DNA of 64,000 nucleotides from Cycas panzhihuaensis. Its lineage: Eukaryota; Plantae; Cycadophyta. Under the pieces are notes generated by a model. That model was given only the letters and a program-made list of their open reading frames with translations. It was not told the origin of the DNA and searched no databases. The DNA lies in assembly GCA_023213395.1 (NCBI GenBank), contig CM041465.1, forward strand, positions 92,449,741-92,513,740. Reading direction: 5' to 3'. Made by a program: the position numbers and the translations under genes. Below are positions 1 to 13,634 of the stretch, in pieces (position 1 is the stretch's first letter; every line of letters begins with the position of its first letter).

Positions 1-2330
1 AAATTGATTGTCATTTATTTCTCATTATATCAATACATTGTTCAAGATATTTTTTTGCTTGCTCTAAATGGCCATCATATTTATGAAGTTCATAATTTTT
101 TTTAGCATAGGTTAAATCTCCTTGCATATTTCTTTCTATTTGTAGAAGTTATAGTTACACTTCTTCCTCTTCTCCATTATCTTTATCTGAAGAATCTATG
201 CACAACTCTAGATGGTAGCATAAGGCCAATTTTATATTTTCTCAAGTATTATGAAGCAAGTTCAACATGTAAGATGGCAAATGACTACTTGGCAAGGTTG
301 ATTGCATTTGAAATGTTGTTTATGAGCAAGGGTTTATTGTTGATTATGTTGTGGTTATGGTGGATGATGCTTTTCCTTCATCTTCAATTTTTTCTATTTG
401 TGGTCCATCCAAGCATAAGGGAAAAGTAATTGTCTCTTTTCCTGCTGGTAATGTAAATATATATTTTCCCCAATCTTGGATGGCTTCTTTAGCTAACAAA
501 TGTCTCAATAAAGTTGGGTAAGTCTTCTTTTGGCCTTACATCCTAACCACTGCAAAATCTAACAATACAGTAACATCTACAACAGTTACTTGGATATTCA
601 GTAATGTATCCATGGGCCTTATCTATAATTGGTTGGCCAACCTAATTGAATAGTTAGGGACAATCCCATTGGGTCTTTCTAAGGCTATCTAAGAGGATTA
701 TGGTAATACATTCACCCATGGCCCTCCATTGATAATTGTCTTACATAAGGGTTGTTAAAAAAACTATTATTAGGGCTCTTGGATACACTCTAGTATTCTT
801 AATAGCCCTTAGTATTAGTTTTTTAATTTGCTCCAGTGCTAATTGTGAACCCACTATTTAAAGACAATCGATATAGGAATTGAAACTCCTAATTCACTAA
901 GCAAATATTTCACTATTTGTAATTATTTCCAAGGGTTTTTACCTTCTTATGTTGATTGTGTTTGATCCACTATTCTTTTGTAATGCAAACCTTTAAATCT
1001 CTGGTCCTATGAAGTTTTTCCTGTTGTTCTTCCTCCACGGTTTCTTGAAGAATTTTTACGGCTTCCTGCAGTCATTACTTTTCCAATGAAGGATCTACAA
1101 AATTATTTTTAAGAGGAGGCCTTGTTATCTTACTAGTACATGTTTGTAGATATGCAGGTGTTTCTTTATCTCAGACCACATTTACTGAAGTAGCATTCTA
1201 TATCTTAATATGCTTTGGGCAATTTACCCATTCATGATCTGTAAGTCTACACTCCTCATAAATAAATTCTCTTCTTTTCTTCTTCAGTGGATATTCAGAT
1301 TTATAGTGCCTCCGTCTTTGACATAAAAAACAATGAATTGGCCTTGGCTTTTCTTTGTATTGCTTCATCACCCCCACATTCTATTTTTTGCGAATATATA
1401 ATGTGGACTTCTCCTTTGTTTTTTTTTAGTTTGAAAAAATATTCTTAAGTATTATAATTATTTCATTGATAATTATCACACCATTTTGAAGATCTGTTAT
1501 GTTCTTTTCTTTAGATGTCCTTGCTATTTGTAAGGTGGGGGACACCAAATATTTTCTCTTGATTTTTCCATTTGTAGATGAGACAGTTCTACATGTAGCT
1601 TTTCTAACTCCTGATTCTGTTGCATACTTGATGGAGTAGAAATTAATGGTTGTTACTTTAACGCTTCTACCTCCTCCTTCAAGGTTTCAATTTCTAGGTT
1701 CATACCCATTTATGGTATTTACAAGAGTTGTGTCCCAATGCCTATTATTGGAGAATATATTGAAGATTGCATTGTCATTTGGGAGTATGCTGACTTCGTT
1801 TAATTTTTAAATTTTAAAGTTAACTCCCTTGCTCGTAATTATTCATCAGATGTAACATTACTTTATCCCTAAGTTGCGGTATCAATCTCCTACACAAAGT
1901 ATTTCATGGTAAGCATGGGATTTATTATCATAGCAGACTGTATTTTATTCATGATAACTCTCATTCTTCTATCAAAATCATTAACAGATTTTCTAAGATA
2001 TTATCAAATCTTCTTTAAAGCCTGTAAGATAGCTGTTGGATCCCTAAGCTTACAGAATCTGTTAAAAAATTGTTCTTGTAATTAATTCTAATTCAATTGT
2101 TGTGCTGCTACGTATTGGAACCATGTAATTGCTAATCCTTTCAATGTTGAAAAAAAAAGGGCTTTTATTTCACTTTGATCCATAATTTTTTAAATTTGAA
2201 CTATATTTTTTAATAAAGCCAGATGATCACTTAGATCTATAGATGCATCAAATTTCCAAATCTTAGTCATGTAATTACATGATAAGAAAAGACGAGTAAT
2301 ATCCTTTATAACCTCATTACAATTACTAGG
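1..2330 (-). mobile_element. Decayed Ty3/gypsy gag-protease region (boundaries approximate, runs off window start)
   Basis: Minus-strand translation gives gag motif TLKGLAITWFQY (~2110-2150), degenerate zinc knuckles CFLCQRRRHY (~1300-1335) and EECRLTDHEWVNCP (~1215-1260), and protease motifs TIINGGPWVNVLP (~700-740), LDFAVV and YPTLLRH..AIQDWG (~470-520). Many stops and frameshifts. Confidence 0.75.
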
Positions 2331-3475
2331 GGTAGTTTTATTTATAAATATTTTTTGTAATTATCAAAATTCAAATATGGTATTTTTCATATTTATATTC
2401 TCATGCAATTTCTAAATTCTAGAACAATTATCCCTATTAGAGTATTCATTGTTCCCATTAGAATAGTTGTCCCCATTACAATTTTCAAGGGTTGCATTTT
2501 GGGGGAAAATAAAAGAAAGAGCTTAGTTTTTCTTTTAGGGCAAGTTAATTTGAGCAAAATGCATTTGGAAATTTGTGTTTTATTCCGTGAAAGAATGAGA
2601 AATTTTGAAGTAGGTTTAATGCCTTGAAAATTTGTATTTTATGGCTTATTTTTTTCAAGCATATAGGCCCAAAATAATATTGCATGGAGTACATAGTGTT
2701 GGTCGTAAATTCAACATTTTTTAAAAGAGTTTATTAGTTAAAAATGGCTTATTTCTAGAGGGCATTATGAATGTCCCATGATTGGGATTTATTACCAGAA
2801 TAAAACCTAAATGATTATTTTTTTATTACACCTTTGTAATAGAGAATTGTTATGTATTTTGTCAAAAAAAAATAATAATAATAATAATAAATGATAAGAT
2901 TAGTACTTTATCAATGACACTTCGTGATTTTCTTAAGAAAAAGGGAAAATGATTCTCTTCCAAAAGTCTGAGAGATCTTTTACTTCTAGTTAAGTTTTAA
3001 AAAGATATAAAAAAGCATATTATGATTTGCTTTATTGTAAGATGGTTTATCTATATAACTTAGGGGTTTATTTTGCATGATTTTATATCATTTCTTTTGA
3101 AGAGTGTGTAAAGCCATTCTTATGTTTTAATGGGTTGGTAATTACAATACATGGTTTTCTACGTGAATCAACAAATGGAGTATCCTTCATATGAATGCCA
3201 ATAGAATTGAAGACCCTTGAAGTAAATTTGGTTTCCAACAAAATTTAAAAACAAAAAATTATATTTATGATGTAGTGTTTATCATTATGTAATTACATAT
3301 TATAAGAGAGAAATGTTGGATAATATTATTAATTATATAAGTTATGACATCAAATCTCTTTCACTCTCTTCATATTATTATGAATTTTATATACTAAAAA
3401 CACAATTATGTGCGCCACTTGGAATGCCTATGAGCATACAAAAGTTTACTTTTAAGATTATCCATTTGAGATCAG

Positions 3476-3588
<113 letters not shown>

Positions 3589-3799
3589 ATAAAAATTTAC
3601 AATTCTTCTATAACTTGTTCTATATTCATTTGTGTATATTTCATTCTATTGCGTATTCTTTACCTTATCATATACTCATCTCTAATTCATTAATCAATTC
3701 TTATTGGGTCCATTCTCCATTGTTTATTAGTTTCTACATTTTTTTCAACATGTTATCATAGCTAACAATAATAATAATGAGTCGTTAGATTTACGTTAG

Positions 3800-6254
3800 G
3801 ATTTTCACCTAATTGTTGGTGGCAGGTTGTTTATGCTTGCAAATGTTCTTATGAGGTGTCATCTTAACTAATTTTTTTGTGGGCCTATTCATTAAAGGCA
3901 TGCAAAGTGCTCTAACTAGAAAAGAAATAGCCTTAGTGTGCTGGAAAAGGTATGTGCTCTAAAAAACTAAGAGGGCCTCAATATCAAATGACTAAAGCCC
4001 TTTACTAAATTTATTAATGCCAAATTATTATGGAGATGGTTGAAAAAGAACTTAGTGTTATGGACTCAAATCTAGAAAGAATAATACACTAGCCCTTTAG
4101 ATTAAGACGATATAATTAGATTGCTTGATCCCTTAGGAGGCTTAGTTGTTTTGAATAGGGTTATCCACAGGATAGATATTATATAAACTAGTAACTTCTA
4201 GGAGATTAGGAATGGTGAGAAGGCATTATTTTGGAAACACTCATGGGATGATTTGAGCTTCTCATAAACCAAGTTGATATGGCCAATACTAGAGAGGTTT
4301 CTTGAAGAGGGGTGCATTCAAGTTAGAGATTATTTGGTAGCTAAATTTGGCAGTGATGATATAATGAATGTTATTAACAAATTGTAGAAAATGTCAAATA
4401 ATTGGCTAAAATAACTACCTTAGGAAGATAAAGAGAGGTTGTGGGACCTTCTCCTAAAAATAGTCCTCCCTGTTAGATATGGATAAAACATTCCAAGATA
4501 CGGTTCCAATGGGAAAGGTAATTTCTCAATCAAACAAGCTTATAGTTTTTGTATTGTAAACGAGGGAAGTTCAAGCTCTTAAGGTTTATGGAAGAGAATC
4601 TAGCATCTAACCTATGGTCTAAAATATCTGTCATTTTATGGTTAATGTTCTATAATGGTATTTTAACATGAAAAATTTTGACAAGAGAAAAATAATAGCC
4701 CTTCAATATGTGTAACGTGTGCCAGTTCACAAGAAAATATTACTCATCTATTTTTAAAGTGCCAAGTTCTTTTAGATTTTCAATTAAGAGAGGAAATAAG
4801 ATTCAATAATTCTTTGAAGTATGTAGGAAATATAAGGTTCAAGGATCCTTAAGAGAGGGTGGGACCTTGTTTTAAAATTCATAATGTGGAATCTTTAGAA
4901 GGAACATATCAAGGGAGGAAGAAATCAAATTGAAGCTTATGAGTAAAAAAAAAAACTTATAAATTAATCAAAATTTAGAAAATAAATTAAAAAGAAGTTA
5001 AAATCACTAGGAGCCTTCTAAGGAATATGTATTCAAAGCTAACTTCAATGGAACGTTTAAGGATAACCCAGGTAGGGCAAGCATAGGGGATATAATTAGA
5101 AATCATGTTGGAAAAGCTAAACATATTTTTGCTTAAAAGATTGGAGAGGCCATAAAAAATGTTATTGAAAATTATCGCAATCTTAGAGAAAATAATTATC
5201 CTAAGTAAACAGCTTGAGGAACTAAACTTCAATCATGTTAAAAGAGAAGCAAATACGGTAGTCAACCTTTTGACAAATGTAGAAGCAGAAAGCCAATTGA
5301 GAGAAAAGGACCTAAACTCAACCTTGGAAGAGATCACCAACTTGAAAATAACCTAGGTAGGGCAGGCATAGGGGATATAATTAGAAATCATGTCGGAAAA
5401 GCTAAATATATTTTTGCTTAAAAGATTGGAGAGGTCACAAAAAATGTTATTTAGGATTATCACAATCTTGGAGAAAATAATTATCCAAAGCAGTTTGAGG
5501 AATTAAACTTCAATCATATTAAAAGAGAAGCAAATGCAGTAGTCAACCTTTGACAAATGTAGAAGCAAAAAGCCAATTAGGAGAAAAGGAACTAAACTCA
5601 ACTTTCGAAGAGATCACCAACTTGAAAATAACCTAGGTAGGGTAGGCATAGGGGAAACAACTTGGAAAAACTAACATATTTTTGCTTAAAAATTTGGAGA
5701 GGCCACTAAAAATGTTACTAAGGATTATCACAATCTTGGAGAAAATGATTGTCTTAGGTAAACAATTTGAGGAACCAAACTTCAATCATGTTAAAAGAGA
5801 AGTAAATGCAATAGTCAACCTTTTGACAAATGTAAAAAGCCAATTGAGAGAAAAGAAACTAAACTCAACCTTAGAAGAGATCACCAACTTGAAAATTAAA
5901 TGGACCATTATTTAGGTTCTAGAGAATGATATCAAAATGTTAAAATAAAATTTATAAAAACTTTATATTATAAGGGAAAACAAGATTAGAATTAATTGAT
6001 TCTACATGGTTTTGAAAATGGTTAATGCACTCTTTATTTTTGTTGATTTGCTACTTAAGCTTTTACTAATAGAATAGAATAAGAAAGCAAATATATAAGG
6101 GGGAAAGAAAAAAGTATATGATCAAATATAGCCCTAAGGATTTAGCCCATCTTATCATATTCTTCTTTTGAGTGAGTGTTTCTTTTGTAACCCTATTATA
6201 AACTTTTATTGTATTTTAATATGATTCTTTCCTTTACCAATTAAAAAAAAAAAA
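3800..6254 (+). mobile_element. 5'-truncated L1-type LINE remnant (post-RT region, zf-RVT, RNase H, poly-A tail)
   Basis: EIRNGEKALFWKHSW (~4200), GNFSIKQAY (~4517), PSICVTCASSQENITHLFLKC (~4700), RNase H start FKANFNGTFKDNPGRASIGDIIRNHVG (~5032), HVKREANTVVNLLTN. The 3' end ...ttcctttaccaatt is followed by an A-run at 6243-6254. 5' boundary approximate. Confidence 0.8.
5063..5896 (+). repeat. Tandem triplication (~270-285 bp units) of the LINE RNase H segment
   Basis: Units start with ataacc(c/t)aggtaggg at 5063, 5348 and 5628, and each ends with gaagagatcaccaacttgaaa. Confidence 0.92.
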
Positions 6255-6298
6255 GCCATAGTATCATAGCTATACCATATAAAAATTCTAATAATATC

Positions 6299-8800
6299 TT
6301 TTTCTTTTTTTGAAGATAAAATATATTATTAAATTATAAACTTAATACAATACAAAGCGCTGGAAAACCCAAGAATTAGAAGCGCATGCTAACCCATTCT
6401 TTGACATGCAGAGTGCTTAAGATAACAAAATTAGAATATAGATTTTTCTTCAGCATTTTGCGAAGAGAAGTAAAGTAGGAGTTACGAGACAGATAAAACA
6501 AAATATCATTTCTTATGTGCCCAAAAGTTTGATTGAAGGACGAGATAACTTTTTAAAAGTATGTTGTAGTATGAATTTTCCAAATTTTATGTCGAGTGAC
6601 TTTAAGAAAAAGAAACCAAAGGTTTATCAAATGATAGCAAATTTCAAGCCAAACATAAGTCGGAGCTTAGCTACTTTTGCACCTTTTGTTAAACAATAAT
6701 TAGTTTCTGCAAATTACCTGAATAAAGGATCTCTTATTTGGAATTATATCGTGGTAGCTTGGGATATCCTTCATCACAATACAATACACGATTAATCAAG
6801 AATGAAGAGACAATTAACCATTGCAAATCAATGAAGCCATGGTCCAAACCAAAGATCTGAAAAGTAGTATACCAAATGTCTAAAATTCGGGGGCAATGCC
6901 ACTAAATGTGATTGAAATTGTCATCTTGAACACCACAAACTACATAGTATGATTGACGGCTCACATTCCACTGGGCCCAAGTATGTTGGAATGTGAAAGC
7001 CTTATGCAAGATCCTCTGAAGCACATTGTACTTAGGTTGAGCTTGTTTACACCATATCCAACTCTATTCTGCTTGAAGATGACAATGGTAAAATTGTTAA
7101 CTATGTAATAAGTAATAAAATCTGTAGACTTGAACACATGACCCCTAGATAGAAACCTAAGACCTTCCTTCCTCCTCCTCAAGGTCTTTAGAGGCAATAA
7201 GAGAATCAATTTGCCGCATGAAAAAATTAAGATTATCTGCCATTTATAGAAGTAAAGGTTTAGGATGAGAGTTGAGCTTCGTCAAGAGTTCAACAAAATC
7301 CTTTTAACAAAGCTAATCAAAGTAAGCCAATTGTGAGAGCTGAAAAATGAACTAACAGAGCAAAATCATAATGAGTAATTAAAGGGGAAAACCCAAGAAG
7401 TAACCATTTATCTTTCCAATAATTGACCTGACATCTAGTTGAACTAAGAGAGAATATTGTATTGTGATGAAGGATATCCCAAGCTACCACGATATGATTC
7501 CAAATAAGAGATCCTTTATTCAGGTAATTTGTAGAAGCTAACTATTGTTTAACAAAAAGTGCAAAATAATACTTCCTCCTAACAATATGAGCCCATTTCT
7601 TCCCTCCAATGTTAAAGGGCTTTTCTAAAGTCATCCAAATTGAATAAATTTGTGTTTAATTTGAAAACAGTCTTTCCTATATTGGGATAATTAGTTCTAG
7701 ATGAAAGTTGAATTTTAATAGGGACATGGTCAAATAAAACCATTATATTAACTGAAATATATTGGTACTAGACAATTGAATTAATAAGCGAATTGGATAT
7801 ATAAACTCTGTCTAATCTTTTCGCTATGCAACTGCTCCCCTGTTGATTATTGGTCCAGATAAATTTCAAAGGCCCATTCCAAGGAAGTTCAAAAAGGTCC
7901 AAAAAATCTTTAAGATCAATAAAAGTTGAATTATACTTTTAATAAGGTCTTTTGAACTTGCCACCTAAATTTTCATTAGGATATTTCACAAAGTTAAAAT
8001 CCCCTAGAATAAGAATATGGTCAAAATCTGCTTGGAAATTATGAAAGGCATTTGCCAAAGCTTGCCATGAGTCATATATGACCCGTCATCCATAGAGGCG
8101 TCGGCTCCAATAACCCAGCAAGCAAAATGATCCTTCTCCATTTTCAAACATAACTAATCTTTAAACGGACTTGTAATATGTTAAAGCATTTCTCATTGAT
8201 TATTCTACAAAATATTAAGCCCTATGACGAGTCGATCAGAGATAATCGTTTTCCATTGAGCTGACAACCATATACTACGAACAATATATCTCATGTTATC
8301 AACAGACACAATATGAGTTTCTGTCAAAATGAGAAAATGATGCCAAATTATACATTTTAGCTTCAAACGTTTAAGAAAATGAATGGGACCAATACCCCTG
8401 ATGTTCCAGGTTATTGCTAAAAGATTATTTTTGTCCATTTAATTGAGAGAGATTGATACGTGCTAAAGATTTGAGACGAGTACAATGCGAAATATCTTGG
8501 TTGTTAGGAACATGGTGCTAAGCTTGATGAGTATTCACATTAGGAAGATTTAACCATTGAATTTTTAGAACATGCTCTAAAGAATATGTTTCCTCCATAA
8601 GCATGTCATCTGAGTTCTCTCAGGAGTGTCCAAATCCGAGAACTACAACAATTTCAAAAACTTGATCTTAGGTGGGAGAAGTTGCTTTTAGCCTTTTTTA
8701 AAGTTGATCTCTAGAATAATTAAAGTCTAATTGTGGGGGTTTAAAAGGTGCTCATCAAAATGCTCGTTATTAGTTAATAATGCTAATAACTAAGAGGATG
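6299..8800 (-). mobile_element. L1-type LINE remnant: endonuclease plus zf-RVT/3' end, RT missing
   Basis: ORF2 start at 8438 directly follows a TAA. Endonuclease motifs ITWNIRG, LILTETH, LGDFNFV, FIWTN..KRLDRVY, DHVPI. Post-RT motifs YWKDKW and VVCGVQDDNFNHI*WHCP. T-tract (poly-A tail) at ~6299-6312. Confidence 0.82.
6675..7566. repeat. Inverted repeat pair with ~112-bp arms (6675-6786 and 7455-7566)
   Basis: 7455-7566 is the reverse complement of 6675-6786 with only a few substitutions. Confidence 0.92.
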
Positions 8801-8929
8801 AAAAATAATATGGTAGAAGCACACAACTTGCATAAGCCCATGCAATGATGGAGAAAGCAAACCCAAACACACATGGAACATTAAAAAAAAAAAAAACCTA
8901 TGGTAAAATTAGCCTAGAGACAAAATAGA

Positions 8930-9280
8930 GAAAATGCATATACAATTCAAATAGTGTAAACCCACAAAGTAATAAATAAGGTGACAAATAAAGAATATGC
9001 AACATTAAAAGAGGGTTGGCTCTCAAATACAAATTAGGCAAGACCTACGTTAGCCTACAAAGTAACATAGAAGTAACACAAAGGACATGAAAAAAATCAC
9101 AAGAAGATTAGCAATAACACAAAATAAAGAAATAGGCATCCAACTCAAATAGTGTAAACCCACAAGGGGAAGGAAAGTGACAAACAAAGAACACACAAGA
9201 TAGCAAGAGGATTAACTCTAATACCAATTGCAAGGACATGCTACATTAAACACAAATTAACAAGTGAACAAACAACATAG
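8930..9280. repeat. Degenerate ~200-bp tandem duplication
   Basis: caa(t/c)tcaaatagtgtaaacccacaa recurs at ~8943 and ~9141 with collinear downstream similarity. Confidence 0.6.
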
Positions 9281-9404
9281 ATGGATTACCCCATCACCCT
9301 GTAACTACTACTAGAGACCCTACTTCATATTGAAAGCAATACTTTAAAGAGGTACAAAAATGCAAATAACTATAATGCCAATTATTTGATGCCCCTCCTA
9401 AGCT

Positions 9405-9657
9405 ATTAGTCCTATAAAAATTGCATTGCTTATATCATAATAAAGAGGCCAATTTCTCAATCAATTATCACTATAACTAAGAAAAGGGTATAACCCTTAA
9501 TCGTATGTTTTTTGCAATAACACCTAAAGCATGAGAGATTAGTCCTATAAAAATTCCATTGCTTATATCATGATAGAGAGGCCAATTTCTCAATCATCAC
9601 TATAGCTAAGAGAAGGGGATAATCCTATGTTCTTTGCAATAACATCTACAACATGAA
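9405..9657. repeat. ~130-bp tandem duplication
   Basis: attagtcctataaaaatt(g/c)cattgcttatatcat... starts at 9405 and at 9538. Confidence 0.85.
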
Positions 9658-12540
9658 TTAATAACATGTAAAAACATTTACCCAATATGTTAATTAAAAC
9701 CTCAATGAAAATAAAGAAAGTAATATGCATAACAAAGGATATCATGAACAATGACTTCCCAAGATAGATATAGAAGTAAAGCAAACTTTAAATGCTCAAA
9801 TAAGAAATTTTAAGTGGGCAATAAAGTTAAGCTATTTTCCATTTTTAATTAAGAAATTATACTAAATTAAGGCTTAAATACCACAAACCTTCTAGAATGC
9901 TATGAAGGGAGGATATTTAACTTAATATACAAAATAAACTTATCACAACTAAGAATTCATAAAATATATTTTTATTAAATTATATATATATATTCTTGAT
10001 ATAAGCCATTTAATTAATTAAAATGAGTTTACTATGAAACTCAAGTTAAAACTAAATAAACTTCTTGCAATAAACATATTACTACATAAAATTGAGAAGA
10101 TTCTATGGATTTATAATCTTAAAATGTTTGCCACATAATATTCATGTAATTTATAATATAGATAATAGCAAAACTAATAAAATACATCTTAAAATCAAGA
10201 TAAAGAGAATGTAACATGATTCAACAAACAAACCCTTTAAAAACCACATACATATAAAAACTATAGATGCAAAATCTCTAAGCAACAATATAATACTTAA
10301 ACACACCTAATCCACTATAAATGAAAAACTATAATATTAAATAAATGCTCCTAATAACCCTTTACATAATTAAATATTATTCTAACATACTCTCATGATG
10401 TTTAGTTTTGTAACATCTAATATGTATCACTCTAGTTATATGCTACAAAAAAAACATTTGTCCTTCTAACACACACCATTAATCAAATTAAATCATTTGG
10501 TATACACTTCCATTTAAGCTACAATCTTGAAAATGTAAACACAAAGATGGGTTTCCTAAAGACAATTTAACAAGTTCTACCTTAAATATACCTAAAGTCA
10601 TAAACACATTTTTGAGCAATGCTAATTTTACAAGGACTTTTTAAAATACAACATTAAAACACCCCAAATAATTCATATAAAATTTGAACAAAAAAAAACA
10701 TCTATGCTAGAGGATTGCTAGATCTAACCTAAAAATTGCATTCTCTCACCTGACACCATGCACTACCTAATAAAGATGAATGTTTTAGAACAAAACCTAG
10801 TGTCCTATGGCCTACATAAAAGAAACCAAAAACCATAAACACATTTTTATGTAATATTTAGTTTAAGCACGAGGGCCATCAGAAATGCACTTGAATGGAA
10901 AAAACTTCATGCAAGAGGATCGTTAGATCATCTTTAAAAAGTACATTCCATTATAACCAATGATAAGGGCATCAATGCTATCTATGTAATTCATAGATGA
11001 TCATTTACAAGACAAATGCGTTAATACTTATTAGAGAATGTCTTGTTAAACCCTAGTGCCTTCAATTATTTGAAAAATAATAATAGTTTATGATTCAAAG
11101 CATTAGAGGAAAGAAACAACTTTTTAATATCTTGTACGTTTTACATTTAATTTTTTATAATATCAAATCATTGCAACTAATATTAACATTGTTAAATAAT
11201 TTGAAATACGCATCACAACACAATTAAGAATTTGAGACACCTCAATATCCATTAAAGAAAATTCCCTTCCCTTCAATATATTATCAAATTTCCATTCAAC
11301 AACAGTGCATCTGTATAGACAGCATAACTCTTTAAATTGTTCTCAATACTCAGAATCGCATCAGACCATACCATATTTACAATCTTTTTACATATACAAC
11401 TCTCTTTCTAACTATTTGGAATCCATGTCACATGAAAAAAAAGAAAAAAATTAAGGAAGAAAAGTCCTCCAAAAACAACATTAATACCGTCACAGGAGAG
11501 GGACTTCCCCTTCACCGCCCAAACCTTAAAAAAAGCAAAAGCTAATAACGGTAATAATATTTTCTTAAATAGCAATACCTTCCAAATGCAGACCTATCTG
11601 TACACTGAAAATCATCTTCCTTTCAATAAAATAAAGAACTTAACGGGATCATTAACCACTTGCAAGAAAAACTTAAGCAACCGTACTAATAACTAAGAGG
11701 TTGCCACTTAAGTTGTACCCCATCTGATCATATTCATGTGACCAGAGAAGAAATGGCCCTCAAACTAAAACCCTTTAGCCCCATCCAAACGGAAACCAAT
11801 ATCATGGCCAAAAATAGGAGGCCCCGGATTCTGAAATTGCATCTTACAGCAGAGTTGTGCTGAACTCAGTTACAACGAATACAACGCCTTAGCCTCATCA
11901 CTTGTAAATCAAATTATCCAAAAACAATGAAATCCAATCCATATTATTGTAACGAAAATGCCAGAACCCAACTACCATAACACATTATCTTTCTTGATGT
12001 GCACAATTATCATGGTTATTCGAAGCAGAGAAAACTTATACTAAGATTAACATAACAAAGAACCGAAAACAAGAAGGCCCCCGGTAATCCTCCAAGACAT
12101 GGATAACCAAGAAAAATGAAAACGAATGGAACCCATCCATAATTTGGTATCAATATGAATCCTCCCTTAATCATTAATCATAATATAATATAACCCTTTT
12201 TGTGATGGTACAAACAGGTCTCTCCACCTTCCACCTTCAACAGCAACAACAATCACATGGTAATAATAAGATTGGGGCTCAAATCCCAACAACAACTCTC
12301 AAAAAAAAATAATAGTCTAACACCTTCTATGTGAACTCTTCTTCTATACAGGTGTTTTCTGTGTAGGGATCCAAAAGGAAAGGCATAGATTAACACATGG
12401 ATGGTGATGGTGTCCTCCTGAACTCCCAGAGAAAAAGGAAAAAGGTGTTGGAACGAAGAAAAGAAGAAATCCTAAGAGGTTCCATGGCAGTGGACCCCAG
12501 ATATGATGTAAAGCAGGGGAAACGGGCATGGTTGGGCAGT

Positions 12541-13634
12541 TTACTTTCTGGTTCTTTTTGCAGGAGGAGAAGAAACCGCCTTGGAAGTTGCAGGAGGAGC
12601 CCTTGGAGATTTTCTCTTTGCAGGAGTGGATGATCCCTTGGCAGGACCAGAACCCTTGACCGGGGTAGCCTTGGATTTGTTGGATTGAGCCGGTTTTGAA
12701 GGCGTAGGTTTTCCCTTCTTAACTGCAGCAGCTGCTTCCTCGGGCTTGGGAGTAGGAGGTGGGGGAGGAGGGGCCGGTTTTTTCTCGGCCGGTTTCGCTT
12801 TGGCGGTTTTAGCAGCCGGTTTCGCCCTAGGGGCCGGTTTCTCCTGATCAGCAACCTTGGTAACAGTTTCAGCGGGCTTAGGAGGAGCTTTTGGGACTGG
12901 TTTGGCAGCTTTGGCGGGCTTACCGGCTTGGGAAATCTTAGCGACCTTGGGTTTCTTGGGGGGCCTGGGTGCTGCGACTGCCTTGACTGCTACCTTTTCT
13001 GGCTTGGCTTCAGCAGAAGATTGCTTCACCGTAGTAGCCTTGATAGCCTTTACTGCGGAGGATTTCTTCAGCTCATCTGTAAGTTTGTACGAGCCCTTCA
13101 CTTGAGTTAGCTTCCCCTTCTCGCTCGCACTCCTCAGCTGATTATTCAGCAATTTCCTAAAGTTTGATGGAAGCTCGTTCTTGTAATGATCCTCAATGTA
13201 TTTCGCAATGGCAATGCGACTCGAACCGGAACGCTCCTTCAGTGCAGCAATGGCCTCCACTGCCATCTGCACTTACAAAGTCAACCCCCCCCCCCCCCCC
13301 CCACCCCGGTCCCCAAAAAAACCCAGTGAGATTACTTCTACTTCTATCGTTTCTTAGACCTAGAAGCATACCGAACAGAAATCCAAATGAAAAACGAAGG
13401 CACGCATCTGATTATCATTACTACTACCTCGAAGTAGCTCGGATGGCCGGGCTCAGCCCGAGACACTGCCTTCTTCTTGTCGGAAGCAGCCCTGGTTTTG
13501 TTGACTTTCTCCTTGGTATCTTTAGGTTTGGAGCCCTTGGCCTGTCTGGGCTTCGAGCTATCTTTGGCAGCGACCCTGCTACTCTTCCTTGCAGGACCTC
13601 CCTTGGATTTACCACCGTCTGCAATGGCAGCCAT
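12541..13634 (-). CDS. H1: Linker histone H1, 310 aa; exon 1 13634-13428, exon 2 13266-12541
   Basis: Spliced product reads ...GHPSYFE|MAVEAIAALKERSGSSRIAIAKYIEDHYKNELPSNFRKLLNNQLRSASEKGKLTQVKGSYKL, a plant GH1 winged-helix domain. It has a basic N-tail and a K/A/P-rich C-tail with S/TPxK motifs. The phase-0 GT..AG intron lies at the position typical of plant H1 genes. Confidence 0.96.
13267..13427 (-). other. 161-nt intron of histone H1, with a G18 run near the 3' splice site
   Basis: Donor GAG|GTAGTA at 13427 and acceptor TGCAG|ATG at 13267. C18 on the + strand at 13285-13302. Confidence 0.9.
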
